Positions 1 to 9,872 of a stretch of DNA of 64,000 nucleotides are shown piece after piece (the first letter of the stretch is position 1; each line of letters begins with the position of its first letter). Position numbers and translations under genes: made by a program. The DNA is taken from positions 320,001 through 384,000 of the forward strand of contig CAWHXD010000017.1 of the NCBI GenBank assembly GCA_963833225.1, read 5' to 3'. The DNA is from an uncultured Chloroflexia bacterium. GTDB taxonomy: Bacteria > Chloroflexota > Limnocylindria > Limnocylindrales > CSP1-4. Under the pieces are notes generated by a model that saw nothing but the letters and a program-made list of their open reading frames with translations, ran no database searches and was not told the DNA's origin.

Positions 1-476
1 CCGAGACGCTCCGGACCCAGGGCAACACGGCCGAGGCGGACCGCTTCGACAGCCTGGCCAAGCTCGCGCTGCGCCGCCAGATCTCGTTCGACGAGCAGGT
101 CCACACGTTCGATGCCCAGATCGCCCAGCAGACAGAGCTGACCGACAAGCTCAAGGACGGCCTCAACCGGCTGCGCGTCAAGCGAGAGGAGCTGGTCCAG
201 AAGCGCGACGAGCTCGTCAGCCGGGCCAAGATGGCCCAGGCGCAGATGCAGGTCCAGCAGACCCTCAAGACCGTCTCCGTCCTCGATCCCACCTCGGAGC
301 TCAACCGGTTCGAGGAACGCATCCGCCGCCAGGAGGCCCAGGCGCGCGGCATGGAGGAGATCGGGACGTCCTCGATCGAGGACCAGTTCGCCGAGCTCGC
401 GAGTGGAGAGGAGGACCTCGAGGTCGAGGCACGCCTCGCCGAGCTCAAGGCGGGAACGGGCGGCACCGGAGCCTGA
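1..476 (+). CDS. pspA: PspA/IM30 family protein (5'-truncated)
   Basis: Frame open from position 3; coiled-coil ...LKDGLNRLRVKREELVQKRDELVSRAKMAQAQ...RFEERIRRQEAQARG...LEVEARLAELK typical of the PspA C-terminal half. Confidence 0.85.
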   Translation, partial: ETLRTQGNTAEADRFDSLAKLALRRQISFDEQVHTFDAQIAQQTELTDKLKDGLNRLRVKREELVQKRDELVSRAKMAQAQMQVQQTLKTVSVLDPTSELNRFEERIRRQEAQARGMEEIGTSSIEDQFAELASGEEDLEVEARLAELKAGTGGTGA

Positions 477-504
477 CACCCGTCAGGCCAACCAGCCACC
501 GATC

Positions 505-536
505 GAAGGGGCCGCCCACCATGCGGCCCCTTCTTC
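505..536 (+). terminator. Intrinsic terminator-like hairpin after pspA
   Basis: GAAGGGGCCGC-ccaccat-GCGGCCCCTTC 11-bp stem followed by TTC. Confidence 0.6.
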
Positions 537-619
537 GTCCCGAGGCGCGTGACTGGCACCGGGCTCGGGCGCTCAGACGGCTCCCGGCGCGGACGCGCTT
601 GGGCTAGCATGACCAATCG

Positions 620-847
620 ATGATGCAGATGTATCCCCCGTCCGACCTCGCCTCCATGGATCCCCTGGTCCTGATGAAGAACCTGGACCACGTGCGGATG
701 ACCAGCCGGCGCCTCTCCTACATCCTCCAGCAGCAGGTTCACCTCTACACGCCGGAGGCGAACCAGATGCGCGAGCAGATCGACCGCTACGTCGAGGCTG
801 AGCGCCAACTCGAGGGCGAGATGGCCCGGCGGCGCATCCGCGCCTGA
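620..847 (+). CDS. Hypothetical 75-aa helical protein
   Basis: GC3-biased ORF; TAGCAT -10-like hexamer at 605-610. Confidence 0.7.
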   Translation: MMQMYPPSDLASMDPLVLMKNLDHVRMTSRRLSYILQQQVHLYTPEANQMREQIDRYVEAERQLEGEMARRRIRA

Positions 848-891
848 GTCCGGCGGGCGCCCGCAGCGCTCCAACGGCGCCCAGGGCCTGA

Positions 892-1263
892 TCAGGCTGC
901 CGCGATCTCGGCTTCCGCGTCGGCCGTCGCGGTCTCGGCCCCGAGGTCCTTGCCCGCGGTGTCCACGCCAGTCTCCTGGCGCGCTGTCTCCAGCGCGGCC
1001 GCTCGGGTCGCCCGTCGCGCCGCCTGCTCCTCCGCGGTGATCCGCTTCACGAGCTCCGCCAGGCGCGGCGTCTGGAACAGGCTGAACCCCACGCCGATCT
1101 CCGAGAGCGCATCGTGGCCCATGCCACGGAACAGCCCCCGCGTGGCCACCGCACACATCTCGTCATAGAGCTCGGGCCAGCCGACGCGGCGTCGCTCGTA
1201 GCAGAACCGGACGAATGCCTCGGCCTCGGTCGTGGGCTGGCTGGCGGGGCCCGCGTGCAGCAT
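892..1263 (-). CDS. Hypothetical 123-aa protein
   Basis: Upstream GAGGAGGA RBS; protein-like core FVRFCYERRRVGWPELYDEMC. Confidence 0.7.
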   Translation of the reverse strand: MLHAGPASQPTTEAEAFVRFCYERRRVGWPELYDEMCAVATRGLFRGMGHDALSEIGVGFSLFQTPRLAELVKRITAEEQAARRATRAAALETARQETGVDTAGKDLGAETATADAEAEIAAA

Positions 1264-1576
1264 CGATATGGGTCCTCCTCACCCGTTGAACACGCGTCAT
1301 CACGGCCGGCAAGCGGGCGGAACTGGCCCGACCACCGGCAGCACCCCCTGGTTCGCCGGGACCTTCACATCCCTGGACTCCGGAGGGTCCGGCGCTCCGT
1401 CCATGCTACGGGCTGCGGACCCCTCCCCGGTAGGGGCTTCTCCACCACCTGCCCACCCGAGTTGTCCACACGCCACGCCGCCCGGTGGACAGGCGGTCCG
1501 AATGGGCAACATCCTGTGGACGCCCGGCGGCGGATCCGCTGGACGCCGTCGTCCAGATGGGCTAGGGCCGTCGGCT

Positions 1577-2665
1577 TCAGGGCCTGGCGTCGGCTCGCAG
1601 CTCCAGTCCAAGCCCGGGCCGGTCGGCCAGCCGCCACCGCTTGTCAGGCCCGATGTCCAGGCCCGCGACGGGGTCCTCGGCCAGGAGCAGACAGCCGTCC
1701 AGGTCCACCCACTCGGCGAGCGAGGACACGGCGGCAGACGCCGCGATCCCGATCGACGTCTCCTCCATGCACCCGAGGAAGGTCCGGAAGCCGAGCTCGC
1801 GCGCCCGCTCCAGCATTCGCCGTGCCGGACCGATGCCACCGCATTTCGCGAGCTTGACGTTGACCCCGGCGACGACTCCCACCAGGGCGTCGAGGTCTTC
1901 GATCGTCACGGCGCTCTCGTCGGCCACGATCGGCAGGTGGGTGCGCTCCTGCAGCCAGCGCAGGTGATCCAGGCGGCGAGCCGGGAACGGCTGCTCGATG
2001 AGCTCCACGCCCAGCCGGACCAGGTCGGGCAACAGGGCAATGGCGGTCTCCGGGGCCCAACCGGTGTTCGCGTCCACCCGGATGGGGCCCGCGTAGACCG
2101 CGCGGACCGCCTCGAGCGTCTCGATGTCGGACGGACCCCCGAGCTTGATCTTGAGGGCGGGGAAGTCCCCGGCACGGCTCGCGCGCTCGGCCACCACGGC
2201 CGGCTCGTCGATCCCCAGCGTGAAGTCGGTGGGCGGCAGCTCGCCCTGGAGGCCGAGGAGGTCACGAACCGACAGGCCCAGTCGCTTGCCCGCCAGGTCA
2301 TGCAGGGCGATGTCGATCGCGCACTTGATCGCCCCGTGGTGACCGATCGTCGCGGCCATCAGCCCGCCTGCGTCCTCCAGGCCCGCGCGGACGTCGTCGA
2401 GCTGGCCACGCAGGTCCTGCTCCACGGACTCGAGCGCGCCGAGCAGCAGGGGGGCCACGGCGGCCATCGTCTCCGGGGTCTCGCCGTAGTAGCTGCCGGG
2501 ATAGCCCTCCCCGATCCCAACCGGGCCGTCCGGGCCGTCGGCCTCGTCGCGGAGCTCGGCCACGATGGTGGTGATCCGCCGGCCCTCGCCGGGCGCCGCC
2601 CGCGCGATGACAAACGGGTCCCGCAGCGGCAGGTCGAGCGTTCGAAGCCTGATCGCGAACGTCAC
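1577..2665 (-). CDS. Enolase-superfamily dipeptide epimerase (L-Ala-D/L-Glu epimerase / DgcA-like)
   Basis: KIKLG, RVDANTGW, IEQP, ADES, NVKLAKCGG and DLDG motifs; GTG start overlaps the upstream TGA (GTGA). Confidence 0.9.
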   Translation of the reverse strand: MTFAIRLRTLDLPLRDPFVIARAAPGEGRRITTIVAELRDEADGPDGPVGIGEGYPGSYYGETPETMAAVAPLLLGALESVEQDLRGQLDDVRAGLEDAGGLMAATIGHHGAIKCAIDIALHDLAGKRLGLSVRDLLGLQGELPPTDFTLGIDEPAVVAERASRAGDFPALKIKLGGPSDIETLEAVRAVYAGPIRVDANTGWAPETAIALLPDLVRLGVELIEQPFPARRLDHLRWLQERTHLPIVADESAVTIEDLDALVGVVAGVNVKLAKCGGIGPARRMLERARELGFRTFLGCMEETSIGIAASAAVSSLAEWVDLDGCLLLAEDPVAGLDIGPDKRWRLADRPGLGLELRADARP

Positions 2666-3780
2666 GACAACGCCCCCTCTGGCGCCGCTGTCACCCAGGG
2701 CAGCACGTCGACGCCAGCCTCGATCGCCTGCCACAGCGCATCGCCTCCGAAGCGCACCGGGTCCGCGACCTGCAGGCCCGTCTCGGCCGCCGTGGCCTCG
2801 ATGACCCGTCGCGCCTCCGCCTCGTCCGGGATCAGCGACGTGTTGAGGGCGACCGCGACGACCTTCGACGGCGCCACCAGAGACGCGATCTCCTCGTGGG
2901 CCCGGATGAAGCCCGGCAGGGGCTTGATCGGGAAGCGGCGCTCCGGCTCTGGGTCGAGGTCGTGGTCTGCCATGCCCGGCATGTGGACGAGGATCATCGC
3001 GTGCGGAGTGGTGCCGTGGATCAGGCCCAGCGTGACGCTGCTGTACGCCGGATGGTCGAGGGAGCCCTGACCCTCGACGATGACCCAGTCGCCACGCCGC
3101 TCCCCCTCCTCGGCAAGCCACTCGGCGGTTCCCTGGACGAAGTCCGCGATCACCCGATCCACGGCCACCCCCCAGCCCTCGATCATGATCCCCGTCTGGC
3201 CGGTGGCGACAAACGACGCCGACCGGCCGGCCGCCACGGCGGCCCGCCGCAGCTCGAGCGCGACGGACATCTTGCCGATCGCACAGTCCGTGCCGACGGT
3301 CAGGATGACCCGCTTGCCAGGGGCATGGAGACGGCCCCTCGCAGTCTCCATCCGCTCGGGTGGCCGCCGGTAGTCGACCAGCCGCACGCCCCCCGCCCGG
3401 GCCGCATCGGCAAACTCGGGATCATCACCGAGGAACGTATGGAGCCCGGAGAGGACGTCAAGGCCCGAGCGGATGGCGGTCAGGATCGCCGAACGCCACT
3501 CGTCCGGCAGCCGGCCACCGGTGGGCGCGATCCCGATCAGCAGGGCATCGGCGCGGGGGAGGAACCCGAGGGCGGCATTGAGCGAATCGACGATCGGGAT
3601 ATCGAAGCGCCCCGAGTCGCCCAGCCACTCTCGGACATTGCGGCCCGCCTGGGTCGAGTCGATGACCGCGACCACCCTGTCGGTGCCGTACCGGATCACG
3701 CCCATCGCGGTCTTGCCGTGGTGGTAGCCGAAGTTGCCCTCGGCAAGGATCACGAGGCGGCGATCGGGTGTGGCGGACAT
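2662..3780 (-). CDS. DUF1611 family P-loop protein (DgcN-like)
   Basis: GKTAMG, SGLH, VGTDCAIGKMS, ATGQTG and VEGQGSL motifs. Confidence 0.9.
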   Translation of the reverse strand: MSATPDRRLVILAEGNFGYHHGKTAMGVIRYGTDRVVAVIDSTQAGRNVREWLGDSGRFDIPIVDSLNAALGFLPRADALLIGIAPTGGRLPDEWRSAILTAIRSGLDVLSGLHTFLGDDPEFADAARAGGVRLVDYRRPPERMETARGRLHAPGKRVILTVGTDCAIGKMSVALELRRAAVAAGRSASFVATGQTGIMIEGWGVAVDRVIADFVQGTAEWLAEEGERRGDWVIVEGQGSLDHPAYSSVTLGLIHGTTPHAMILVHMPGMADHDLDPEPERRFPIKPLPGFIRAHEEIASLVAPSKVVAVALNTSLIPDEAEARRVIEATAAETGLQVADPVRFGGDALWQAIEAGVDVLPWVTAAPEGALS

Positions 3781-3871
3781 GGGCCCTTCCAGCGGTCGAT
3801 GTGGTGGACCCGGCGAGTCTACCGAAACGAGGAACGCCCCCGGCGGACCGGAGGCGTCTGGCGGTTCGAGT

Positions 3872-3948
3872 TGGTACCGCATACCGGATTCGAACCGGTG
3901 ATCTCCGCCTTGAGAGGGCGGTGTCCTGGGCCTCTAGACGAATGCGGC
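3872..3948 (-). tRNA. tRNA-Glu (CTC)
   Basis: Cloverleaf: acceptor GCCGCAT/ATGCGGT, anticodon arm CCGCC-CT-CTC-AA-GGCGG, T-loop TTCGAAT, encoded CCA; 77 nt. Confidence 0.97.
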
Positions 3949-4022
3949 GCGGGGCTGGACGGAACGTCCGACCGGCGACGGAGGATAGCAGGACCGGCGC
4001 GGACCTCGCAACGTGGATGGGG

Positions 4023-4895
4023 TCAGAGCCGGTGGCTTTCGAGGAACGCCCGGAGCGTCTCCGCCACCTGCAGATAGCCCTGCTCGCCAAGGACGAGGCC
4101 ATAGTGGGAATGGGCGCCGAACGGCTCATACGGGGCGTCGAGCCAGTCGGCGAGACGCTCGACACCCGGTTCCGGCACCTGGAGGTCCAGGCCGCCGCCG
4201 ATGACGAGGCGCGGGACGTCCGGGAGGGAGGCACGGTCGACCGGGACGCCGGTGAGCAGCTGGCGCTTGGCCCGCCCGGACTCGAACGGCTTCTGGCCGA
4301 GCATGTGCTGGATGCGCAGCACATCGGCCACGGTGAGGTCCCGGTGATCCCGGGCCAGCTTCTCGGGGAGCGTCTCCCAACCCAGCTCAGAGCGACCGTA
4401 GGCGTCGGGGATGTCACGCACCACGTGCAGGCGCGCCGGTTCTCGGAGCTCCCGCGGGCCTTCAGGGGCAATCAGCACATAGGCGACCACGGGCGCGCGC
4501 TCGATCGCCTTGAGCACGAGCAGGCCACCCAGGCCATGGCCCACCGCGACGACGTTCGGACCAAGGCGGTCCATGGCCGCCACGACGTCCTCCGTGTAGG
4601 ACTCGATGTCGAGCGTGGCCGGATCCGCAGTCTGCGACCAGTAGTGGTTGCGGAGGTTGAGGGCGTGACCCTCCCAACCTCGACCCGCGAAATGGTGCAG
4701 GAAGCGTTCCCAGACCCAAGACCCGCCAAGCTCGCCATGGACGAACAGGATCGGCTTGCGCCGGGAGCGGCGCTCCGGCAGCCACGACTCGATGTAGAGC
4801 CCGCGCTCGGGCAGCTCGATCTCATCTTTGCGAACGGGACGGCCGCTGGTGGCGGTGCGGGGGAGGATCCGGTCGCCGGGAATGAGGTCGGTCAT
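4023..4895 (-). CDS. Alpha/beta hydrolase-fold protein (nucleophile elbow GHGLG lacks Ser)
   Basis: ILFVHG, LNLRNH, VGHGLGG and C-terminal HSH motifs. Confidence 0.8.
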   Translation of the reverse strand: MTDLIPGDRILPRTATSGRPVRKDEIELPERGLYIESWLPERRSRRKPILFVHGELGGSWVWERFLHHFAGRGWEGHALNLRNHYWSQTADPATLDIESYTEDVVAAMDRLGPNVVAVGHGLGGLLVLKAIERAPVVAYVLIAPEGPRELREPARLHVVRDIPDAYGRSELGWETLPEKLARDHRDLTVADVLRIQHMLGQKPFESGRAKRQLLTGVPVDRASLPDVPRLVIGGGLDLQVPEPGVERLADWLDAPYEPFGAHSHYGLVLGEQGYLQVAETLRAFLESHRL

Positions 4896-4912
4896 CGAGT
4901 TGCCATCCTTCC

Positions 4913-6231
4913 CTACCACTCGTGCGGGTTGAGCACGAGCCCGGTGAGGGCCTTGGGATAGAAGTAGGTCGACTTCTGGGGCATGACGTCGCCGTCGCGG
5001 GCGACCGCGAGGATCGACGCGACCGGCGTGGGTTCGAGCAGGAAGGCGGCGTCTGCTCCATCGGCGCCGACCTCGAGCGAGGGCTGCGGCTTCGGCGGCA
5101 CTCTTGTGATAGGTGATCCGCCCGCCACCCGCCACGGCCGGCGGCATCGATGCCGGCAAGCCGCTCGAGCGCCACCCCGAACAGCGAGACGTCCAGGGCG
5201 CGGACGGCGGCATTGGCGTCGCCGGTGGCGAGTTGCCCAAGGGCCTCGCGGCGCGCCTTCAGCAGCCAGGCGCCATCCCGGGTTCGGAGGCCGAACCGAC
5301 CCTCGCCACCGGCCAGCCCGCCCGCGGCCTCGAACCGTGCCACGAGGTCGCCGACCGGCAGCTCGGTGACGTCGAACAGCTCGGGCAGGCGGCCCACGAG
5401 CGCGGCGGTTCCCCCCGCTCCCAGGCCGCGGACAACGCGATGCGTGGGCAGGACCGTGAGCGGGGCCGCGGCATCGAGGAACAGCATGAGCAGGAAGTCG
5501 AACGCGGGGTCCTGCTCCGCGGAGCCCTGGCGCCGCTCGTCCCGATAGCGGGTCGCCGTCTCGTACCGGTGGTGGCCATCGGCGATGAACACGGGACCGG
5601 CCGCGGCCGCGGCGATCAGGGTAGCGGCGGGCGAACCCTCGCCCTCGTCGGGCACCACCCACAGCCGGTGTCGCACGTTGTCGTCGTCCGTCACGTCGGC
5701 CACCGCGGGTCCCACCATCGCGGCGGCAAGCGCCGACGCGGTGCCCCGGGCGGTGCCCTCGTAGAGCCCGACCACCGGCGACGTGTTGATTCCGGTCGCC
5801 CGCAGCAGGCGATACCGGTCCTCCTTGGGGGCGGCGAGGGTTCGCTCATGCGGCAGCACCGAGGACCCGGGTCCAAACGGCTCGATCCGGAGCCGGGCGA
5901 AGAACCCGCGCTGGACGCGCTCGATGTCCGTCCCGGGAACGCGATAGGCCTGCTCGTACACGTACACGGAGGGCCGCGGGTCCTTGCGCAGCGTTCCGTC
6001 CGAGCGCCAGGTGGCGAGGGTCCGGGCGGCTCGCCGGTAGCGCTCATCGGGGTCCTCGCCTGGCTGGCCATCGGGCAGGTCGAGACGGACGCTGTTGCGG
6101 GGATGGCGGGCGAGCAGATCGCGATGGAGCTCAGCGCCGATCACGTCATAGGGAGGGGCGACGACCAGGCTCAGGTCGCCCACCGTCTCGGGGTCGTAGC
6201 GGAGGGCGCGGAAGGGTCTGATGTCGGGCAC
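4913..6231 (-). CDS. DUF1015 family protein (two apparent +1 frameshifts near 5140 and 5077)
   Basis: PFRALRY, APPYDVI, PHERT and [11 protein letters not shown]; C-terminal [11 protein letters not shown] lies in a different frame; length 3n+2. Confidence 0.88.
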
Positions 6232-6450
6232 GAAGTCCTCTGGGCGCGTTGACGGTGCGGTGCCGGCACGACGCAGGGGGCGGCGGGGGCGCTCGGGGGC
6301 GTGCGGCCCGTGCATCGTACGATAGGTGCGGACGGCTGGCCACCGGGCGTCGGGGCCGCCGTGCACGCTTGGGGGCACGTTGTGCAACTTTCCGGGGGGT
6401 CCGGGCGTCATGGGGCAGACCGTCCACCCGCTCGAGATCGAGGAGCCCGA

Positions 6451-8901
6451 GTGACGCTGCCGCGTCTCGCCCGTCCCCTGCGCGCGCTCGTCGCGCTCGT
6501 GGCCGCCGGGTTCCTGCTGCTCGGCGTCACGTCACCCGGCGGAATCCTCGCCGCGGGTGACGGCCCCACGATGGCGGCTCGGGCCCTGATCCAGGGGCAC
6601 GTGCGCCAGGGCGGCTGGTTCGCGATCGCCGTTGACCTTGAGAACGCCGGCCCGACGGTCACCGGCGAGCTCCGGGTCGCTGGCGGTCCGGACTCCAGGA
6701 CCCGGTTTGGAACCAAGGTCGAGCTCGCGACCGGCTCCCGCAAGACGTACCTGCTCTATGCTCAGCCGCCGTCGTTCGGGGGCAACCTCACCGTCCAGCT
6801 CGTTGACGGTGACCGGGTCGTCGCCGAGGCCAAGGTCGCCATCGCGCTGCACGACCAGTCCCAGCTCGTGGTCGGCGTGGTGTCCGAGAACCCGGCACGG
6901 ATCGTGTCGGAGCTCAAGCTCCTGCCCAGCCAGACGGGGGCGATCCCGGCGATCGCGACGTTGACCCCCGCGGATCTGCCGGAGCGGATCCAGGCCTGGG
7001 CACCGCTCGACAGCATCGTGTGGCAGGACACGGACAGCTCGTCGCTGACCCCTGCCCAGCTCCAATGCCTGCGCGGCTGGATCGCGGGCGGCGGTCGACT
7101 CGTGATCGTCGGCGGCACTGCCGGTGCAGACAGCCTGTCGGGCTTCCCGGACGACCTCCTCCCCTATCGGCCGGACAGCGTGCTCGACATCGACCCGCAG
7201 TCCCTTCGGCCGATCTTCGGCGGACTGCCCGACGCCGCCACGACGCTCACCGCCTACGCGGGAGCGCCCGGGGCCGGGCGCGTCCTCGCGACGTCGGGGG
7301 ATCGCGTGATCGCCGCGGATCGAAGCGTGGGCAGCGGCACCGTGACGCTGCTGGGCTTCGACCCCGCCACCTCCTGGCTCGCCAACGGTGACGACTGGGA
7401 CACCCCGCTCTGGCGGCGGCTCCTGCCGCCAAGGAGCACGGGGGCCGTCTCCCTCGCCGACGACTCCGGGATCGTGTCCGCGGTCATGAACCTGCCCAGC
7501 CTCGCGCTGCCGCCCATCGGTGGCCTGCTCGTGCTGCTGTTCGGCTACGTCGTGCTGGTCGGGCCGGTCAACTACGTCGTCCTGCGCCGGATCGACCGGC
7601 GCGAGTGGGCCTGGATCACGGTTCCCGTCCTGATCCTCGTGTTCACCCTTGGCTCGTTCGGGATCGGCGGGCTGCTCCGGGGGTCCGACGTGATCATCCA
7701 CGAGGTGGGGATCGTGCGCGGCGCCCCGGGTGTGACGTCCGCCACGATCCAGTCCTACCTCGGCATCTTCAGCCCGTCGCGGACCACGTACCAGGTCAGC
7801 GTCCCGGGCGATGCGCTGCTCGCGCCGCCGATGAACGGTGACATCTTCGGCAATGGCGCCGGCACTGCCCTCGACGTCCTCCAGGGCGACCCGTCGCGGG
7901 TCCGTGACCTTGACGTCGGCTTCGGGTCCATTCGCACGATCCGCGCGGAGGCGAGCGCCACCGCCCCTGAGGTCACCGCCGATCTTCGGCTGGCCGACGG
8001 GCGACTCCAGGGCACAGTCACCAACGAGTCGTCCAGCACGCTCAGCGACGCCGCCATCGTCGTCGGTTCGTCGGCGTTCAAGCTGGGCGACATGGCTCCA
8101 GGTGAGACGGCCAAGGTGGACATGAGCGTGGCGACCACCTCGTTTGACTGGAACCCGCTGTCAGAGCGGATCTTCGGCCCGATGAACTGGGACGGGTCTG
8201 CCCTCGACGAGGCGGGCCAGCGCACCCTGGTCCGGCGGGCCGTCATCGACCAGATCTCGGTGGACCCGATGACCGGTTTTCCCAACGCGATCTCCAGCGA
8301 CGGGGCGATGCTGCTCGCGTGGGGCACCGATCCCGTGGTGCCGCTCGAGCTCGAGGGCCAGACCGTCCGCCGTCTGGCGAACGTGTTGTACGAGATCCCG
8401 TTCCCGTACGCCGTCAGCGGCAAGGCGGTGTTCGCGAATGACCTCATCCGGACCGCCGTCCTGGACGTAGGCGCCAACTTCTTCATCAAGGATCCAGCGG
8501 CGCTCAACCTCGGGACGGGCACGGTCCGTGTCTCGTATCGCCCCATCCCGTTTGGGGGCAGGTTCGAAGCCAGCCGGGTGGTCGTGCTCATGAGCTTCGG
8601 CGGCGAGATCGGTGTGCCGGGCGGTCAGGCGAAGGCGCTCCAGGAAGCGATTCGCTGCGATCCTGGAGAGGATGGCTGCAACCCTCCCCAGGATGGGCTG
8701 CCGGACATCGAGGTCCTCGACCGCCGCGCCGGGAGCTGGGTGCAGTTCCGCCACATGGCCCAGGGCACACCGTACGAGCTGGAGGACGCCGCCCGCTGGG
8801 TCGATCCGGCCACGGGCGAGCTTCAGGTCAAGTTCGTGAACGAGCGCACCGACCAGGTGTACTTCCAGTTCATGGTGCGGCTTGAAGGGACGATCCAATG
8901 A
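6451..8901 (+). CDS. Large membrane-anchored protein with extracytoplasmic GATase-like (DUF4350-type) domain
   Basis: N-terminal signal/TM segment, WIAGGGRLVIVGG motif, central TM pair YVVLVGPVNYVVLRRIDRREWAWITVP; AGGAG RBS. Confidence 0.8.
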   Translation: MTLPRLARPLRALVALVAAGFLLLGVTSPGGILAAGDGPTMAARALIQGHVRQGGWFAIAVDLENAGPTVTGELRVAGGPDSRTRFGTKVELATGSRKTYLLYAQPPSFGGNLTVQLVDGDRVVAEAKVAIALHDQSQLVVGVVSENPARIVSELKLLPSQTGAIPAIATLTPADLPERIQAWAPLDSIVWQDTDSSSLTPAQLQCLRGWIAGGGRLVIVGGTAGADSLSGFPDDLLPYRPDSVLDIDPQSLRPIFGGLPDAATTLTAYAGAPGAGRVLATSGDRVIAADRSVGSGTVTLLGFDPATSWLANGDDWDTPLWRRLLPPRSTGAVSLADDSGIVSAVMNLPSLALPPIGGLLVLLFGYVVLVGPVNYVVLRRIDRREWAWITVPVLILVFTLGSFGIGGLLRGSDVIIHEVGIVRGAPGVTSATIQSYLGIFSPSRTTYQVSVPGDALLAPPMNGDIFGNGAGTALDVLQGDPSRVRDLDVGFGSIRTIRAEASATAPEVTADLRLADGRLQGTVTNESSSTLSDAAIVVGSSAFKLGDMAPGETAKVDMSVATTSFDWNPLSERIFGPMNWDGSALDEAGQRTLVRRAVIDQISVDPMTGFPNAISSDGAMLLAWGTDPVVPLELEGQTVRRLANVLYEIPFPYAVSGKAVFANDLIRTAVLDVGANFFIKDPAALNLGTGTVRVSYRPIPFGGRFEASRVVVLMSFGGEIGVPGGQAKALQEAIRCDPGEDGCNPPQDGLPDIEVLDRRAGSWVQFRHMAQGTPYELEDAARWVDPATGELQVKFVNERTDQVYFQFMVRLEGTIQ

Positions 8902-9872
8902 CCAGCATCGTCCGAGCGACGGGCATCGTGAAGCGGTACGACCGGACCGTTGCCGTCGGGGGTCTCGATCTCGACGTGGCGGCTGGGGAGATCTTCGGGC
9001 TGGTTGGCCCCAACGGCGCCGGCAAGACCACGACGCTGCGCATCCTGGCGACCCTGCTCGTGCCCGACCAGGGCGACGCCGAGATCGCCGGTGCATCGGT
9101 CCGCCGGAATCCCAACGACGTGCGCCGCGTCCTCGGGTTCATGCCGGACAGCTTCGGCGTGTACGACGACATGAAGGTCTGGGAGTACCTGGACTTCTTC
9201 GCCCGCTGTCACGGGATCCCCGCCGAGCGACGCCGGCGAATGATCGGCGACCTGCTGGAGCTCGTCGATCTGGGTTCCAAGCGGGATGTCTACGTCCAGG
9301 CACTCTCGCGGGGCATGCAGCAGCGCCTGTGCCTGGCGCACGCGCTCGTGCACGACCCGCAGGTGCTCCTCCTCGACGAACCGGCGTCCGGGCTCGACCC
9401 GCGCGCGAGGGTCGAGCTCCGGGAGCTGCTCCGTGAGCTGCGGAACCTGGGCAAGACCATCCTGATCTCTTCGCACATCCTCCCCGAGCTCGAGGAGCTG
9501 TGCAGCTCGGTCGCGATCATCGACTCCGGCCGGGTGCTCGCCCACGGCCGCGTCGCCGAGATCGAGAAGCGGCTGCGCGTTGGCGCGGTGCTCCATGCCC
9601 GCGTCCTCGGCGAGCAGGAGGCACATGAAGCCGCCCGCACCTGGTTCGCCGGCCAGCCGGACGTGGTGACGTCGGACGTGCTCGCCGACGGGACGATCGA
9701 GATCGGCTTCCACGGTGATGACGACGGCTCCGCCGCACTGCTCGCTCATGCGGTCGGCGCAGGGCTGCGCGTCGCCGCGTTCTCCCGTGCGGCGAGCGAT
9801 CTCGAGGAGCTGTTCCTCCAGGTCACCGCTGCGCCGACCACACCCCCGGAGGCACCCCGATGGCAGAGCTGA
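8898..9872 (+). CDS. ABC transporter ATP-binding protein
   Basis: Walker A GPNGAGKTT, signature LSRGMQQR, Walker B LLLDEP, SSH. Confidence 0.95.
   Translation: MTSIVRATGIVKRYDRTVAVGGLDLDVAAGEIFGLVGPNGAGKTTTLRILATLLVPDQGDAEIAGASVRRNPNDVRRVLGFMPDSFGVYDDMKVWEYLDFFARCHGIPAERRRRMIGDLLELVDLGSKRDVYVQALSRGMQQRLCLAHALVHDPQVLLLDEPASGLDPRARVELRELLRELRNLGKTILISSHILPELEELCSSVAIIDSGRVLAHGRVAEIEKRLRVGAVLHARVLGEQEAHEAARTWFAGQPDVVTSDVLADGTIEIGFHGDDDGSAALLAHAVGAGLRVAAFSRAASDLEELFLQVTAAPTTPPEAPRWQS

Noticed and set aside
3780-4023. Integrative element at tRNA-Glu
   Set aside because: No integrase, no duplicated tRNA 3' end seen, and housekeeping genes on both sides
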